This document shows positions 45,908 through 59,570 of a DNA stretch of 64,000 bases, one piece after another. A model generated the notes under the pieces. The model was given only the letters and a program-made list of their open reading frames with translations. It was not told the origin of the DNA and ran no database searches. This DNA comes from Squalus acanthias (taxonomy: Eukaryota): positions 61,444,001-61,508,000 of the forward strand of contig CM059432.1 in the NCBI GenBank assembly GCA_030390025.1, read 5' to 3'. The position numbers and the translations under genes were made by a program. Each line of letters opens with the position of its first letter. Position 1 is the first letter of the stretch.

Positions 45908-48234
45908 GCGTGTTTGGAAGTGTGAAATTCACACTACCATCTATGCATTCCCCACATTGGTGTAACCTTGTGTGTTAAAAGTTCATGTTACCACTTCTTG
46001 CTCATTTTTCTGGTGACACAGTATCACTCTGTGACTGGCTGGCATTCAATCAGAAGTTTCAATGATGTCTATAGCACGTACAACCCTTTTAATGCGCTAC
46101 ATACACAGCAACTCTGAGCATACAAAGGCACTTTTTCACTTTTCACAGGCCACTGATTTCACTGCTAGTGTATTTTTGTAAATATTTTTGCTGTGCAGGG
46201 TAGATAAATGGATTTTTAACAGTAAATGTAAAGTATCCTGTGTGTCTCACTAAATGTCAATCACGGTAGGAAAATTATTTTATTTCTACAATTTAATGAC
46301 TTTTTATAAATGATTCTCACTATTGCAAAATTTGATTCATAAATGTTGTAATCATTCTTCAGGGCATATTAAACTTTTCAGATTCCTGTCCTTGGGTAAA
46401 ATCTGTTCTAAAAATAATAGGCCTTGAAATATACATACTGCAGTACTTCAATTTAATAGTTGTTTCTGATTTACTAAAGTCTGCTGTGATTATAAACTAC
46501 AGAGTTGAAGACATATTAAACAAAGTAACTTTTCTGTGGACTAGTATAAAGAACTTTGTATTGCTTCTGTCTGATTTTTATAGTTCTGGTGATGCTGGAT
46601 GTTCTTTACCAGTCAAAGTGAGCTTACAGTGTCAACATGTGTTGTGAATCCTGAGGTGAAGTGATTTGTAGTTTCAGAAAAGTTTCAATGGAGAATCCAA
46701 AAGCTTTTTCTTAAAAATTCTGTAGAATTTGAGTTTTGTTCATTTAATTTGAAAACCAATAATTTAGGACAAGTTTTAAATCATATTGGATTTACGAGCT
46801 CTCCAGATACTTTAAAAGGTTTAAATATTATAGCATTTTCAATAAGGGGACATACAAGTTTTTTTTAAAAACATTTTCAATCTTTCAAAGCTAAAATTAC
46901 TGACACAGTTTAATTATTAATTAAAGGATGTAAACCGTATGTTTTTTCGTCCTTTATAATTTGAATAAAGTGCATTTTTATTTTGTTAAATCATAAAACA
47001 GATTTCAGGTCAGCCCACTACACTTATGGTAGATCTGAAATTACTTCGTAGAATGACCCTGTGCTTCATCCACTAATATTGTCCTTGCCATTGTCACCTC
47101 ATTGTCTATATTTCCAAAAAAAACACATTTAACACTTCGTTGCAGACAGCTGTCTAAAAACTGATGTATAGCATCTCCTGTAGCTACAGCCATCTGCAGT
47201 AGAATATTGAATACAGCATGTTCTGTAGAAATGTGGTGACGATTACATCACTGAAGAATTATGGGATGACTCACTGGTGATTCCTGGCAATTTAATTTTA
47301 TGCCTACGTACGCCACTTGCAGTGCATCATTCCTACACACTGTCAGTTAGCAGTGCAAGTATGCCCATCCCCCAGAAACTGCTGCTTCAATTACATAGCA
47401 TGGTTTGACTTTCAAGCTAATGTATAGCTGCAGTGGCAATCATATTCGGTGAATCACAAATATATTTCAGTCGTGTCACAGGCAGAAAGATCTTTCTGAA
47501 AATTGCAATTTAATTCAAATTAAATCTTTCTTCATGCAAAATGTAATATGTGAGACTCCAGCAGTGTTGTTTATGCTGCAGATCTTTTAAAAAATTCTGT
47601 ATAATATACAGTATACATGATGGAATAACACTTATAACAGTATTTGGATAATATGATCAGGCATTAACAATTCTGCTATATAGTGAGGTGCAAGCTTAAC
47701 ATTTCAGGTGTAATTAATTAACTTGGACTTGGTAAAATTATTGGCAGTGATCTATCGAATAGTCAGCTAAGCCAATGCTGCTTTACTGTTACTTATTTCA
47801 GTATGAAGCCTGAAGAAACCCTCTTGGTTTCTTCATGGCAGTGCTTTCAGGATAATTTCTAAGCTTGATTTAATTAGGTCTCTAGTGGCATAAGAGTCAT
47901 CAGGCTGGATATTACTTTGAATGGTAGGTTAGTGGTTGGGTGTGATTTCTGCCTGCCCGCCCCCGCCCACATGACCCTGCTACAAACCTGCTGAAGTGGC
48001 CCTCACTATGTATGCGAGTGCATTTATAGCTGCCACATAGTGCATGAAGAGGTCTAATGACTTCACAAGGTTGGCCAAGGTAGATGAAGACACTGTTTCC
48101 CATGCACACCCTGTAGGAATGATAGAGGTACTAACGACGTTGGTGGTTTCTGGACTGGCAGCTACCAGTGCATTAATAGATGCCTGATGGTCTGCTGTAA
48201 CATCCCACTGTTGCACAGGGCTTCCAAAAATTAT

Positions 48235-48897
48235 GGGCCAAAATTTAACCCTGCCTGAAGGGCACATGGCAGACGGGTGGTAACAATGGCAGTCGTGCAC
48301 TTTCCTCTCCAATATTGATACGCTCTCACCCGCTGCTATTTGAACACCTCGGTTTTTAGTAGTGCAGGCAGGTGGAGGCCTCATTAGTATGTAAAAAAGG
48401 TCCTATGTGCAATTAGGACCCCTTCTTGATTTGTACTACCAATCACGCAAGTCACGCACAGTGCTGGACCTGCAAGTGAAACCCGGGGGCAAGTAGGAGC
48501 TGGGCCAGGAGAGGCCCAGAAATGTAAATAAATTTAATTGTTTTTTGGTTTCCATTTGAAGCTGGGAGGAGTAGTGCTCCTCTGAGCCACACAAGGAAAT
48601 TTTAAGCCTCCCCTGCCCTAGGCTTCCTTCCCACACCTCCCGATTGTGATCGCCACCACTTAGCTTAGTGCCGGAGACCCCGTTTCTTTGGGTCCCTGGT
48701 GACAGCCTCCCACTGTCCGAAATCCTGATCCTGCTTGCTGGCCAGGTTGTGATTTTGACTTAGTTTGGGCAGGTAACTGACGGCCTACATGGAAATAAAT
48801 GAGGTCCGGGAGTTAATATCTCCCAGGCCTCATGCTACGGGAGGGTTGGGACGGTTTGCTGCCCGCCTCAGCTCCTGCCTGGAGTTAAAATCCAGGC
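48235..48897. mobile_element. Non-autonomous Harbinger-like element
   Basis: Termini gggccaaaatttaaccc / ggagttaaaatccaggc; GC-rich subterminal sequence. Confidence 0.5.
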
Positions 48898-48999
48898 TTT
48901 AATTGGGAATATTCAATCTGTTCCCACACTAACCCCAGTAGCACCTCTGAACCTGTGCCTAGCAGCAGTGGGCTGCAAAGAGTGGTCACAGATGTTGCT

Positions 49000-51940
49000 G
49001 TCTCTCATGAAAGTGGCAGTGAGCTCTTGTCCTTCTCAGTGGCAGAGGTTGCGATTCTGGAGGTGCTGTGAAAGCATGCTTGGCAAGTTAAGACAGTGCA
49101 TCATGTCAGTAGTACATACTGCAGCACACTGTGCTGTGGAGATGAATATTAAGTTCCATGGTGGGGCAATGATTAAGCTGGCTGCTTTGTCCTGGATGGT
49201 GTCAATTTTTAGTGTCATTGCAGCTGACCACCAGGTGTGTGGTCAGTATTCCAGCACAGTCCTGACTTGAGCCTTGTAGATAGTGGAGGGATAGTGAGGG
49301 GGCAGGAGGTGAATCACCCACTGCAGAGTGCCCAGTTTCTGTGCTGTTCTTACGAACATACGAACATACGATTAGGAGCAGGAGTAGGCCACTCGGCCCT
49401 TCGAGCCTGCTCCGCCATTCAATAAGATCATGGCTGATCCGATTACTTCACATTCCCGCCTACCCCCGATAACTTTTCACCCCTTGCTTACCAAGAATCT
49501 ATCTACCTCTGCCTTAAAAATATTCAAAGACTCTGCTTCCACCGCCCTCTGAGGAAGAGAGTTCCAAAGACTCACGACCCTCTGTGAGAAAAAATTTCTC
49601 CTCATCTCTGTCTTAAATGGGGGACCCCTTATTTTTAAACAGTGACCCCTAGTTCTAGATTCTCCCACAGGAGGAAACATCCCCTCCACATCCACCCTGT
49701 CCAGACCCCTCAGGATCTTATATGTTTCAATCAAGTCACCTCTTATTCTTCTAAACTCCAGCGGATACAAGCCTAGCCTGTCCAACCTTTCCTCATAAGA
49801 CAACCCGCCCATTCCAGGTATTAGTCTAGTAAACCTTCTCTGAACTGCTTCCAACGCATTTACATCCTTCCTTAAATAAGGAGACCAATACTGTACACAG
49901 TACTCCAGATGTGGTCTCACCAATGCCCTGTATAACTGAAGCATAACCTCCCTACTTTTGTATTCAATTCCCCTCGCAATAAACGATAACATTCTATTAG
50001 CTTTCCTAATTACTTGCTGTACCTGCATAGTAACCTTTTGTGATTCATGCACTAGGACACCCAGATCCCTCTGCATCTCAGAGCTCTGCAATCTCTCACC
50101 ATTTAGATAATATGCTTCTTTTTTATTCTTCCTGCCAAAATGGACAACTTCACATTTTCCCACATTATACTCCATTTGCCAGATCTTTGCCTACTCACTT
50201 AACCTATCTATATCCCTTTGTAGCCTCCTTATGTCCTCTTCACAATTTACTTTCCTACCTATCTTTGTGTCATCAGCAAATTTAGCAACCATACCTTCGG
50301 TCCCTTCATCCAAGTCATTTATATAAATTGTAAAAGGTTGAGGCCCCAGCACTGATCCCTGTGGCACACCACTCGTTACATCTTGCCAATCAGTAAATGG
50401 CCCATTTATGCCTACTCTCTGTTTCCTGTTAGCTAGCCAATCTTCTATCCATGCCAATTTGTTACCCCCTACACCATGAGCTTTTATTTTCTGCAATAAC
50501 CTTTGATGTGGCACCTTATCAAATGCCTTCTGGAAATCTAAGTACAGTACATCCACCGGTTCCCCTTTATCCACAGCACATGTTACTTCCTCAAAGAACT
50601 CCAATAAATTGGTTAAACATGATTTCCCTTGCACAAAACCATGTTGACTCTGGCTGATTACTTTGAACTTTTCTAAATGCCCTGCTATAACGTCTTTAAT
50701 AATAGCTTCCAACATCTTCCCTATGTCAGATGTTAAGCTAACTGGCCTGTAGTTTCCTGCTTTCTGTCTCCCTCCCTTTTTGAATAAAGCAGTTACATTC
50801 GCTATTTTTCAATCGAATGGAACCTTCCCCGAATCTAGGGAATTTTGGAAAATTAAAACCAACGCATCAACTATCTCACTAACCACTTCTTTTAAGACCC
50901 TAGGATGAAGTCCATCAGGACCCGGGGACTTGTCAGCCCGCAGCTCCAACAATTTGCCAAGTACCACTTCCCTGGTGATTATAATTTTCTTGAGTTCCTC
51001 CCTCCCTTCCATTTCCTGATTTACAGCTATTTCTGGGATGTTACTTGTATCCTCTTATAGCCATGGTGTTGATATGACTGACTGGTTTAATTAAGCTTCT
51101 GGTCAGTGGTGACCCTAGGATGTTGATAGTGGGGAATTCAGGGATGGCGGAGCCATTGAAAATCAGGGGAGGTGGTTGAGTCTTTTATTGGAAATAAAAA
51201 CAGAAAATGCTGGAAATACTCAGCAGGTCAGGTCTTTTATTGGAGATGGTCATTGCCTGAACTTACGTGACGCAAAAGTTGCATGTCATTTGTTAGTCCA
51301 GGACTGAATATTGTCCAGGTCCTGCTGTAGCCTGGCATAGGCTACTTCATTATCTGAGGAATTGTAAATAGAGCTGAACACTGCTGAATTGTCAGCAAAT
51401 AGTTCCACTCCTGACCTTGTGATGGAGTGAAGGTCATCTGATGAAGCAGCTGAAGATAGTTGCACCTAAGATGCTGCCCTGAGGAACTCTGGCAGCGATA
51501 TTTTGGGGCTACGATGATTACCCTCCAACAACCATGACCAGCTTCCTGTGTTTCAGCTATAATACAGCCGCTGAAGGGTTTTCCATTTGATTTCCTTTGA
51601 CCTCAGTTTTGCCATGGCTCCTTGGAAGTTATACTCGGTCAAATGCTGCCTTAACGTCAAGGACAGCTACTGTCACTTCTCAGCCATTTAGCTCTTGCGT
51701 CCATATCTGGATAAAGACTGCAATAAAGTCAGGAACTGAGTACCTTTAGTGGAACTCAAACTGAGCCAGTTATTGGTGAGTAGGTGTTACTGGATGGCAC
51801 TGTTGATGTCTTCTTCCATCACTTTGCTTATGATTGGGAGGAGCCTGATAGAGCAGTAATTGGTCTTGTTAGATTTTAACTGCTTTTAGTGGATGGGACA
51901 AACCTAGGCAGTTTTCCACATTGTCGAGTAGATGCTACTG
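49000..51940 (-). mobile_element. Decayed CR1-group LINE (4082-7337 family), split by a CR1
   Basis: 49000-49350 and 51057-51940 are collinear with ~5050-6240 (TLKIDTIQDKAASLI). Confidence 0.8.
49352..51056 (-). mobile_element. CR1 LINE, 5'-truncated
   Basis: acgaacat tail; ORFs 49477..50175, 50191..50715 and 50809..51012 carry CR1 RT motifs. Confidence 0.95.
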
Positions 51941-54107
51941 GGGACACAAAGAAAAGAACCAAAATGTAGTAGAGTGTATACATATTTTTCATGCAATTTG
52001 TTGAGGTACTAGATCTAATTTCGTATTCCATCCACAAAATTGAGTAAATTCTCCAAAATAATGTAACTAATTTAAGAATTTTGTGATGAGTTAGTATACA
52101 TATATGTCTGCAAATATATATTTTTTAAGTTCGTAATTTGGGAAAGAATTGAAGTAGGAAGTGTTTTTCATTGAGTAGCAGTTGTGCTGCATGCTGGTAG
52201 TGTTTATTTATATTCTTGCAATAGTTAGTGTTGATAGTGGGGAACTCCTGTTAAATTAAACTGGAATGCAGAGCATTAGAGAGAAAAGACAACTTTGAAA
52301 TTGAGACAGAATGAGCAATACAGGCCAGAAAAAAAAGTGTGGATGCAGGAGGGCCACAAAACGGGGCAGTGATCAGTGGTTGGGGGAGGGGGGCAGGAGA
52401 AGGGTCTTTAATGCTTTTTGAAATAGGACAAGAAATCTGCAAATCACTGCTGTAAAGCCTACAGATGTTGCTTTATAAGTCAAAAATAATGGTTGCATGG
52501 AACTGATTATAGCGTTGAAATTGCTCCCATGTGTCCTTTATTTTTCCTTGAACATATCCACAGTACTGTTCTTTCTCAGTAATTCATGGCAGATTAAAAT
52601 CTTGCAATCTATGAATGAGGACAAGATTGGGCATCAACTGAATAAATCTTGGCTGTGATCCTTGTTGCTGAAAAAGGTATGTCTTTAAAAGACAGCAGCA
52701 CATGGCAAAACTGGTTGAAATTGTTTTTTATTGCTCCAAGTATTTAGGTAAGATTAGGGGATCTCAAGGTTCCAGTATCAGGGAATGGGGCACAGGAAGG
52801 AAGGTTTGTGGGAGGACGGCTGGTGAATGATAGTGGGGAGACTGGCCGCTAAAGTGCACAACATTCAATGTTTGGTGGCTAGGAAGACACCAGGGCAGGT
52901 TGGTGTCAGGCAGGCAGTAGAGGTTGGGGTCAGATTGTCAAGGTGGAATAGCTGGGTCAGACATAGAGCCTGGGCGGGCTGGGTACACAGTCAGGCTCAG
53001 GGTTGGACTGAAGGGGAAGGAGGAAGAAAATTCAGGTTGGCTATAGCAGAGGCATTGGGCCGAGGCACAAGTAAGAGAGAGAAAAAAATTAAAATGTTGA
53101 ACATAAAATAAATATAGAAAATTAAAAAGTTGCTGTGTTATGGTATCCTATGGGGATTTGATTGGTCTGTGGTGTTGAGGGGGGAGGAGAAATTTTCAAT
53201 TAATGCTTAGTCCCAATTTTGTGCTTCAGTCTTGAAATCACAGTTTGTTAGCAGCTTTACTTTTATATTGTAAATATCTCTTCGCACTTTATAAACCTGG
53301 ATAATGGCCACTTTTGGTCATTTCTCCAATGAAAACCATTTTGGTTGTGTGAGCCTCTTTTGTAACTAGGGGGTTTATATCTGCTTTGGCAGAATAGTTA
53401 CTGCCCCATGTTCAAACAATTGTATTGTACCAAATGTAATTTTCCAATGTCCGGCAACAAGATGTTTCATGCTAGTTTGGGGTAGTAAGTGCGACATGTT
53501 CTCAGTCTTGAAATTGAAGCCTTGTTGAGGGCAACTCAAAGCTACTAAACACTGCTCTGAACAATTAATGTTATTTTTTTAACTATCACTCATAAAGTGG
53601 TGGGGCTTTGTCCTGGGCTGAGCTCTGGCTACACTGTCAGGGACAAGATTTAGTTAACCACCTTTTCTCCCACGTCAAAATTAACTATTCCCCCCCAGTC
53701 CAAAAAAAAGAACAGCCCCACACTCACCTATTGGGCCAGAGGTGTCTTTCTACTGGGAAAATAAATTATTTCAGTTGTTAAAATGCCTGAGTACTGTCGG
53801 TAATGAAATTAAATGTGTAAATACCTGTATTCACTCAATTAATCCTGCCTACACCCCTGCTGTCTTTTGACCAAGTAAGTGAATGGCTGGCTATTCTATT
53901 GTACCTTTCCCTATATCATTATTCACAGTCCGGCGAGCCTGGGATACCTGAATCAGACTGCAGGCGGGAATTTATTACATTTTTCGTAGTCTACCCATAT
54001 TAAAAATATTCAACATGAAGGATAGGGTTCATTGTAACTCAATTAACTTTTTAAAACATTTAGTAGAATCATAGTATTAGTAATTCTATTATCAGTTGTG
54101 TATTTGG

Positions 54108-55224
54108 TTAAGAACATAAGAACATAAGAAATAGGAGCAGGAATAGGCCACTTGACCCCTTGAGCCTGCTCCGCCATTCAATAAGATCATGGCTGATCTT
54201 GGGCTCAAAACCACTTCCCCACCCGCTCCCCATAACCCTTCACTCCCTTATCTTGCAAACATTTGTCTATCTCCACCGTAAATGTATTTAATGACCCAGC
54301 CTCCACAGCTCTCTGGGACAGAGAATTCCACAGATTTACGACCCTTAGAGAGAAGAAATTCCTCCTCATCTCAGTTCTAAAAGGGCGACCCTTTATTCTA
54401 AAACTGTGCCCCTGCGTTCTAGATTTCCCCATGATGGGAAACACCCTCTCTGCATCTACCTTGTCGAGCCCCCTCAGTATCTTATATGTTTCAATAAGAT
54501 CACCTCTCATTCTTCTAAATTCCAATGAGTATAGGCCCAGCCTGCTCAACCTTTCCTCATAAGTCAACCCCCTCATCCCTGGAATTAACCTAGTGAATCG
54601 TCTCTGTACTGCCTCCAATGCAAGTATATCCTTCCTTAAATAAGGAGACCAAAACTGTACGCAGTACTCAAGGTGTGGTCTCACCAATACCCTGTACAAT
54701 TGTAGCAGAACTTCCCTGCTTTTATACTCCAACCCCTTTGAAATAAGGGCCAACATTCCATTTGCCTTTTTGATTACTTGCTGTACCTGCATGCTAACTT
54801 TTTGTGTTTCATGCACAAGGACCCCCAGGTCCCTCTGAACTGTAGCATTTTGTAATCTCTCTCCATTTAAACAATAATTTGCTGTTTTATTTTTCCTGCC
54901 AAAGTGTATAACCTCGCACTTTCCCACATTATACTCCATCTGCCAAATGTTTGCCCACTCACTTAGCCTGTCTATAACCTTTTGCAGGTTCTTTGAGTCC
55001 TCTGCACAACTTGCTTTCCCACCCATCTTTGTCTCATCCGCAAACTTGGCTACATTACACTCGGTCCCTTCATCCAAGTCATTAATGTAGATTGTAAATA
55101 GTTGAGGCCCTAGCACCGATCCCTGTGGCACCCCACTAGTTACCGTTTGCCAACCGGAAAATGATCCATTTATCCCGACTCTCTGCTTTCTGTTAGTTAG
55201 CCAATTCTCTATCCATGCTAATAT
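54108..55224 (-). mobile_element. CR1 LINE, 5'-truncated
   Basis: (aagaacat)n tail; open RT C-terminus 54205..55131. Confidence 0.95.
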
Positions 55225-56718
55225 CCTGCTCCTTTAATACTGATAAGCGTGCCTGATATATTACAGTATAGTGAAATTGAATTTGAATTTGTATTTGAAG
55301 TCCTTTTTTTCTCTTTTTTCATTTTCACCCATTTCTCACCTTTTTGTTTGTGAATGGCTCTCCTGTGTCTTTTCACTCTCCTAACTATTTTATAGAATCA
55401 TAGGCATTTACTGCACAGAAGGAGGCCATTCGGCCCATCATGCCTGTGCTGGAAATGTCAGAAGTGGGATGTCCATTTTATGACTCTCCATAACCTCACT
55501 GATGATTTTTTATCTAGCAATTTTCTATTAAGTAGTTTGCTGGCCATTCAGGTTATTAACTCCCTCTCTGTGATTGGAGTATCTGTTGATTCTCTCCCCT
55601 CCTTTCTCTTTATTTTTTCAACCTTACTACAATGCCTACTTATCTTTTAATCTTCAGTTCTGATGAATGATTACATCCAAAATATCAGAATCTATATTTT
55701 CTCTTACAGATACTAACTGATGTGCTGTGTATTTCTAGCATTTGCAACCTTTTCCCTTTTTTCTTTTTATTTAACTTAACATTCTGTATTTCACATACCA
55801 CTCAGTATTTCTGCTAATTGGCCCCTCGGGAACAAACTTGACCTTTGTTTCATAGTAGTAAGCCAAGACATGATGAGTACCTACCTCAATTATTAGATGA
55901 CAGTACTGTTATCCTACAATTTTCTTCAGGGGCAACATCATCTTGAAGGTGGAGTTGTTTTTCAGCATGTTAAATTTGAAGTGACACACAAATTCTATTC
56001 AATGTTGTGCAGGCACTGGGGTTTATTGGAGGAGTTCCTTTTCACCTCTCCGTGTAGAAATTAGTGTCTCAGCTTTATACCTCCTGACTTTTCGTGAACC
56101 CGGTCAGCATTAACTCACTCAAAAAGGTATGGGGGAATGTACCTTGAATTGAATGTGTATCATGGACAATGGGAGGCTATGTGTTTCATTCTTTAATCCG
56201 TGGATACAAGTAATTGCCTTTGAAAAGGACATTTTAACACTTTATGCAAAACATATTGCATCTCAGAGTGCCTTTAATCATTGGTACCATACAGTCCGTA
56301 ATATATGTTGGAGGCTTTGTGGAGAAGTCAGCAGCCCCTCATTATTTTCCCAATCTGTCCATGGATCAGCACTACTGGGGCACTGTCAGATCCATTACCA
56401 GGATCTTTATAACTCTTGAGGCCCTTCTTTGTTTGTTAGAACTTCAATATGAGACCCTGCTTGATCCTGGTATGCGCGATTAGTTTATATCCTACTCTGT
56501 ACTACACATCGTAGTGTCCTGGTTGTGTGCTTGATTCCAGGTGACCTGGAAAATGATCTAATCTGGAAAGATTACTTCCATCTGTCAAACCTGGGTTTCC
56601 TTTTCTTGACTAGTGTCTGTGGCATATTTGATTTGGAATCGCCTTAGATGAACTATTATCATGAAATATGTATCAGTAGAAGGGACTCTGGTGTTCATAT
56701 AAGGTGGACACTGGAGAC

Positions 56719-56806
56719 AAGGTCATCGACCTGAAACGTCAACTCTCTTTCTCTCTCCACGGATGCTGCCTGGCCTGCTGAGTTTTTCCAGCGTTTTCTG
56801 TTGTTA
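56719..56806 (+). mobile_element. Penelope-type short repeat, partial hammerhead
   Basis: aggtcatcgacct-GAAAC-GTC-aactct; the CTGANGA box is missing. Confidence 0.65.
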
Positions 56807-57714
56807 TGCCCAAGTACTCTGCTTTGTGTTTATGGAAAGATAGGGGTTGCGCTGACTTTTCATAGCTTAGTATACATATTTGACAGCTGGGTTTAGCCGA
56901 CATTGCTGGAATTCATGTTGTGGCCCCACAGAAGCTGAATAGATTTCATCTCAACCAAACTGACTTGGGTGTTCCTTTCTTCCTTTGATCTTGGTGTAGA
57001 ACAATCTATTGGTTTCACTTACTTTTGATTTTATTTTTACAATTTATATCATCTTTTGGTATTGATAGTATTGGATAGTTTTGTGGCTAGGGTCACCTTT
57101 TGGGAATTGCTAATGTATCATATTTTTTCCTTTTCTGGTTTGTACAGTTTCAACGATCTAATTTATCTGTTTTAATTGTTCTGTGTGAAATGCAGCATTC
57201 TATGATGGAAAGCTAGAAGTATTGCAAGGCAGCAGCATATAAAGCATTCTCAAATGACATTGTCGACCACAAGGTTAAAGTGGTTTGTCACTGTTAACTG
57301 ACCATACGAGTAGTAGATCTTTGTTCTTTTATAATGTTTATGTATAAAATCAAAATACTTGCAGCTCAACTCTAACCATTAAGCTACCAAATTTCTTCAG
57401 CCAGTTAGGTTGTCAATATAAAAAATTACAAATGTGCCACTAAACGCAAACTGAAATGGTATTGTTCCGTGTAAATATTTTCTTTGAGTGCTAGTTACCA
57501 GGCAATAACCCGAATTGTACACTATGTATATTTCTCAATTTTAGACACTGCAAGTTTCATCATGGTTTAAAGTTTTGTCAAAAAGATAAGAGAATAAATT
57601 GGTGAGAAGTGCTAATATTTTAGTAAATTTGCGGTTAATTGTGTTATTCTTAAGTTATGTATGTATTTTCATCCTGTGGGTAGAGTGTCATGACGAAAGA
57701 AAGTAAAGCTCAGC

Positions 57715-59370
57715 TAGAGCTTGTTAACAGCTATAGGTGCACTGGAATAGCTTGGCTTGGGAGCCAGCTACTTCTGGTGTGTAAGTCTCCAACACTACAG
57801 CTGGGAGTTATCCAAGCCCATAGCTTTGCTGCGTCCAGTATACTCACCCGCTTCTTAATGTCATATGAATTGAACCAAATTGGCTGAAGATTGCTATCCA
57901 TGATATATAGACTTAGACTTACATTTATATAGCGCCTTTCACGACCACCGGACGTCTCAAAGCACATTACAGCCAATGAAGTACTTTTTGAAGTGTAGTC
58001 ACTGTTGTAGTGTGGGAAACGTGGCAGCCAATTTGGTCGGGACTTCAGAAGGAGGCCAAGTTGGATTACCCATTTGGCTCTTTTGTCTCAAGATGCTTGC
58101 AAACACTTCAGTCTTGTCTCTTGCACTCATACGCTGGATTCAGCCATAGGATCAGGATGGTCATAGAGCCTTCCCGCTCCCAATACTTTCCCAATTGTCC
58201 ACCACCATTCCTGACTGGATGTGATAAGACTACAGAGCTGTTTTCTGATCCATTGGTTGTGTGATCACTTAGCTCTGTCTATAACCTGCTGCTTTTGCAT
58301 GCAGGTAGACCTGTGTTATAGCTTTGCTTGGTTAGTGCCTAAATTTAAGGTATTCTTAGTGCTTTTCCTGGCATGCAGTCCCATTGAACCAGAGTTGATA
58401 TCCCAGCTTGATGGAGATGGAAGAATGAGGGATGTGCTGGACCATGAGGTTACAGATTGTGGTGGTACGCAATTTTGCTGCTGCTAATGGCCCACTGTGC
58501 CTCATGGGTGCCCTGGTTTTGGCTGTTACGTCTGTACTTAGTGTGTTCTGCTCAGCGTGGTGGTAGTGCCTCACTACCAATGCTATTCTGGACAGACATG
58601 TCCACAACAGGTAGGTTGGTGATAATCAAATCAAGCAGGTTATTTACCCCTTGTGTTGGTTCCCCCTGTCTGACGGAGGCCCAGTCTGGCATCTACGCCT
58701 TTAAGGACTCAGGCAGCTTGTTCAATGGTGCTCATTGAAGACCCCGACCCAGAGTACATTTTGTGCCCTTACTTCCCTCAGGGCTTCCTTCAAGTAGTGT
58801 TCAGCATGGAGATGTGCTGATTCATTCACTGAGGGGGGCAGTCGGTGGTAATCGGTAGGTATTCTTGGCTGCCTTTGACTCTGAATCTCATGGCTTCAGG
58901 TTAATGTTCAGGACTCCCACGGCCACTCCCACCTGAATGTGTACCACTACGCCCCTATCACTGATAGGTCAATCCTTCTGGTGGGGTAGGACTTACCCAC
59001 AGATGGTGATGGAGGAGTTTCAGATGTTGGCTGTTAGATATAACTCTGTGAGTACATCTACGTCATACATTGCTTGACTAGTCTGTGGGCCAGCTCTCCC
59101 AACTTGGGCATCAATCCTCAAATGTTGGTGAGGAAGACTTGCAGGGCTGAGGTTGGCTGAGTCTTGTCTGATATCTCTCTCTTTATTTTATTTTTTTGTA
59201 GAGGTTATTTTACATCTGAGTTGCTTGCTAACCCACTTGAGAGGTCATTAAAAGGGAGCCATATATTGTGGGACTAGAATGACGTGTAGGCCAGATCGCG
59301 TAGGTTCCCTCCCCTGAAGGACATTCGTGAACAAGTTGGGTTTTTACGACAGCTATCATGGTCATTTTTG
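57715..59370 (-). mobile_element. Decayed CR1-group LINE with a short Deu-SINE insert (~57910-58035)
   Basis: Collinear with 6245-7335 (VVRHYHHAE, TTICNLMVQHIPHSSISIK). Confidence 0.7.
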
Positions 59371-59570
59371 TGGTGATTCACTGATGTTTTACACAAAATG
59401 GTGATTAAGTAGCTAATGAGTTGCTTGAGAAATGTGAAAATGACAATCAGTACAGGTACAGGCTGATTTCTGCCAAACGAGATTATCAAATTTGTGAGAC
59501 ACTGGAGGGAATGCAGATGTACTAGCTAATTTGACAAGTACTAATCATGATCAGAAACTGGAAACTTTTA

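Noticed and set aside
46560..57280. Second exon for the 44.7 kb gene (acceptor-like sites at ~46583, ~47800, ~55929, ~57146)
   Set aside because: Phase-0 reading hits stops quickly, or the donor is weak; none is supportable.
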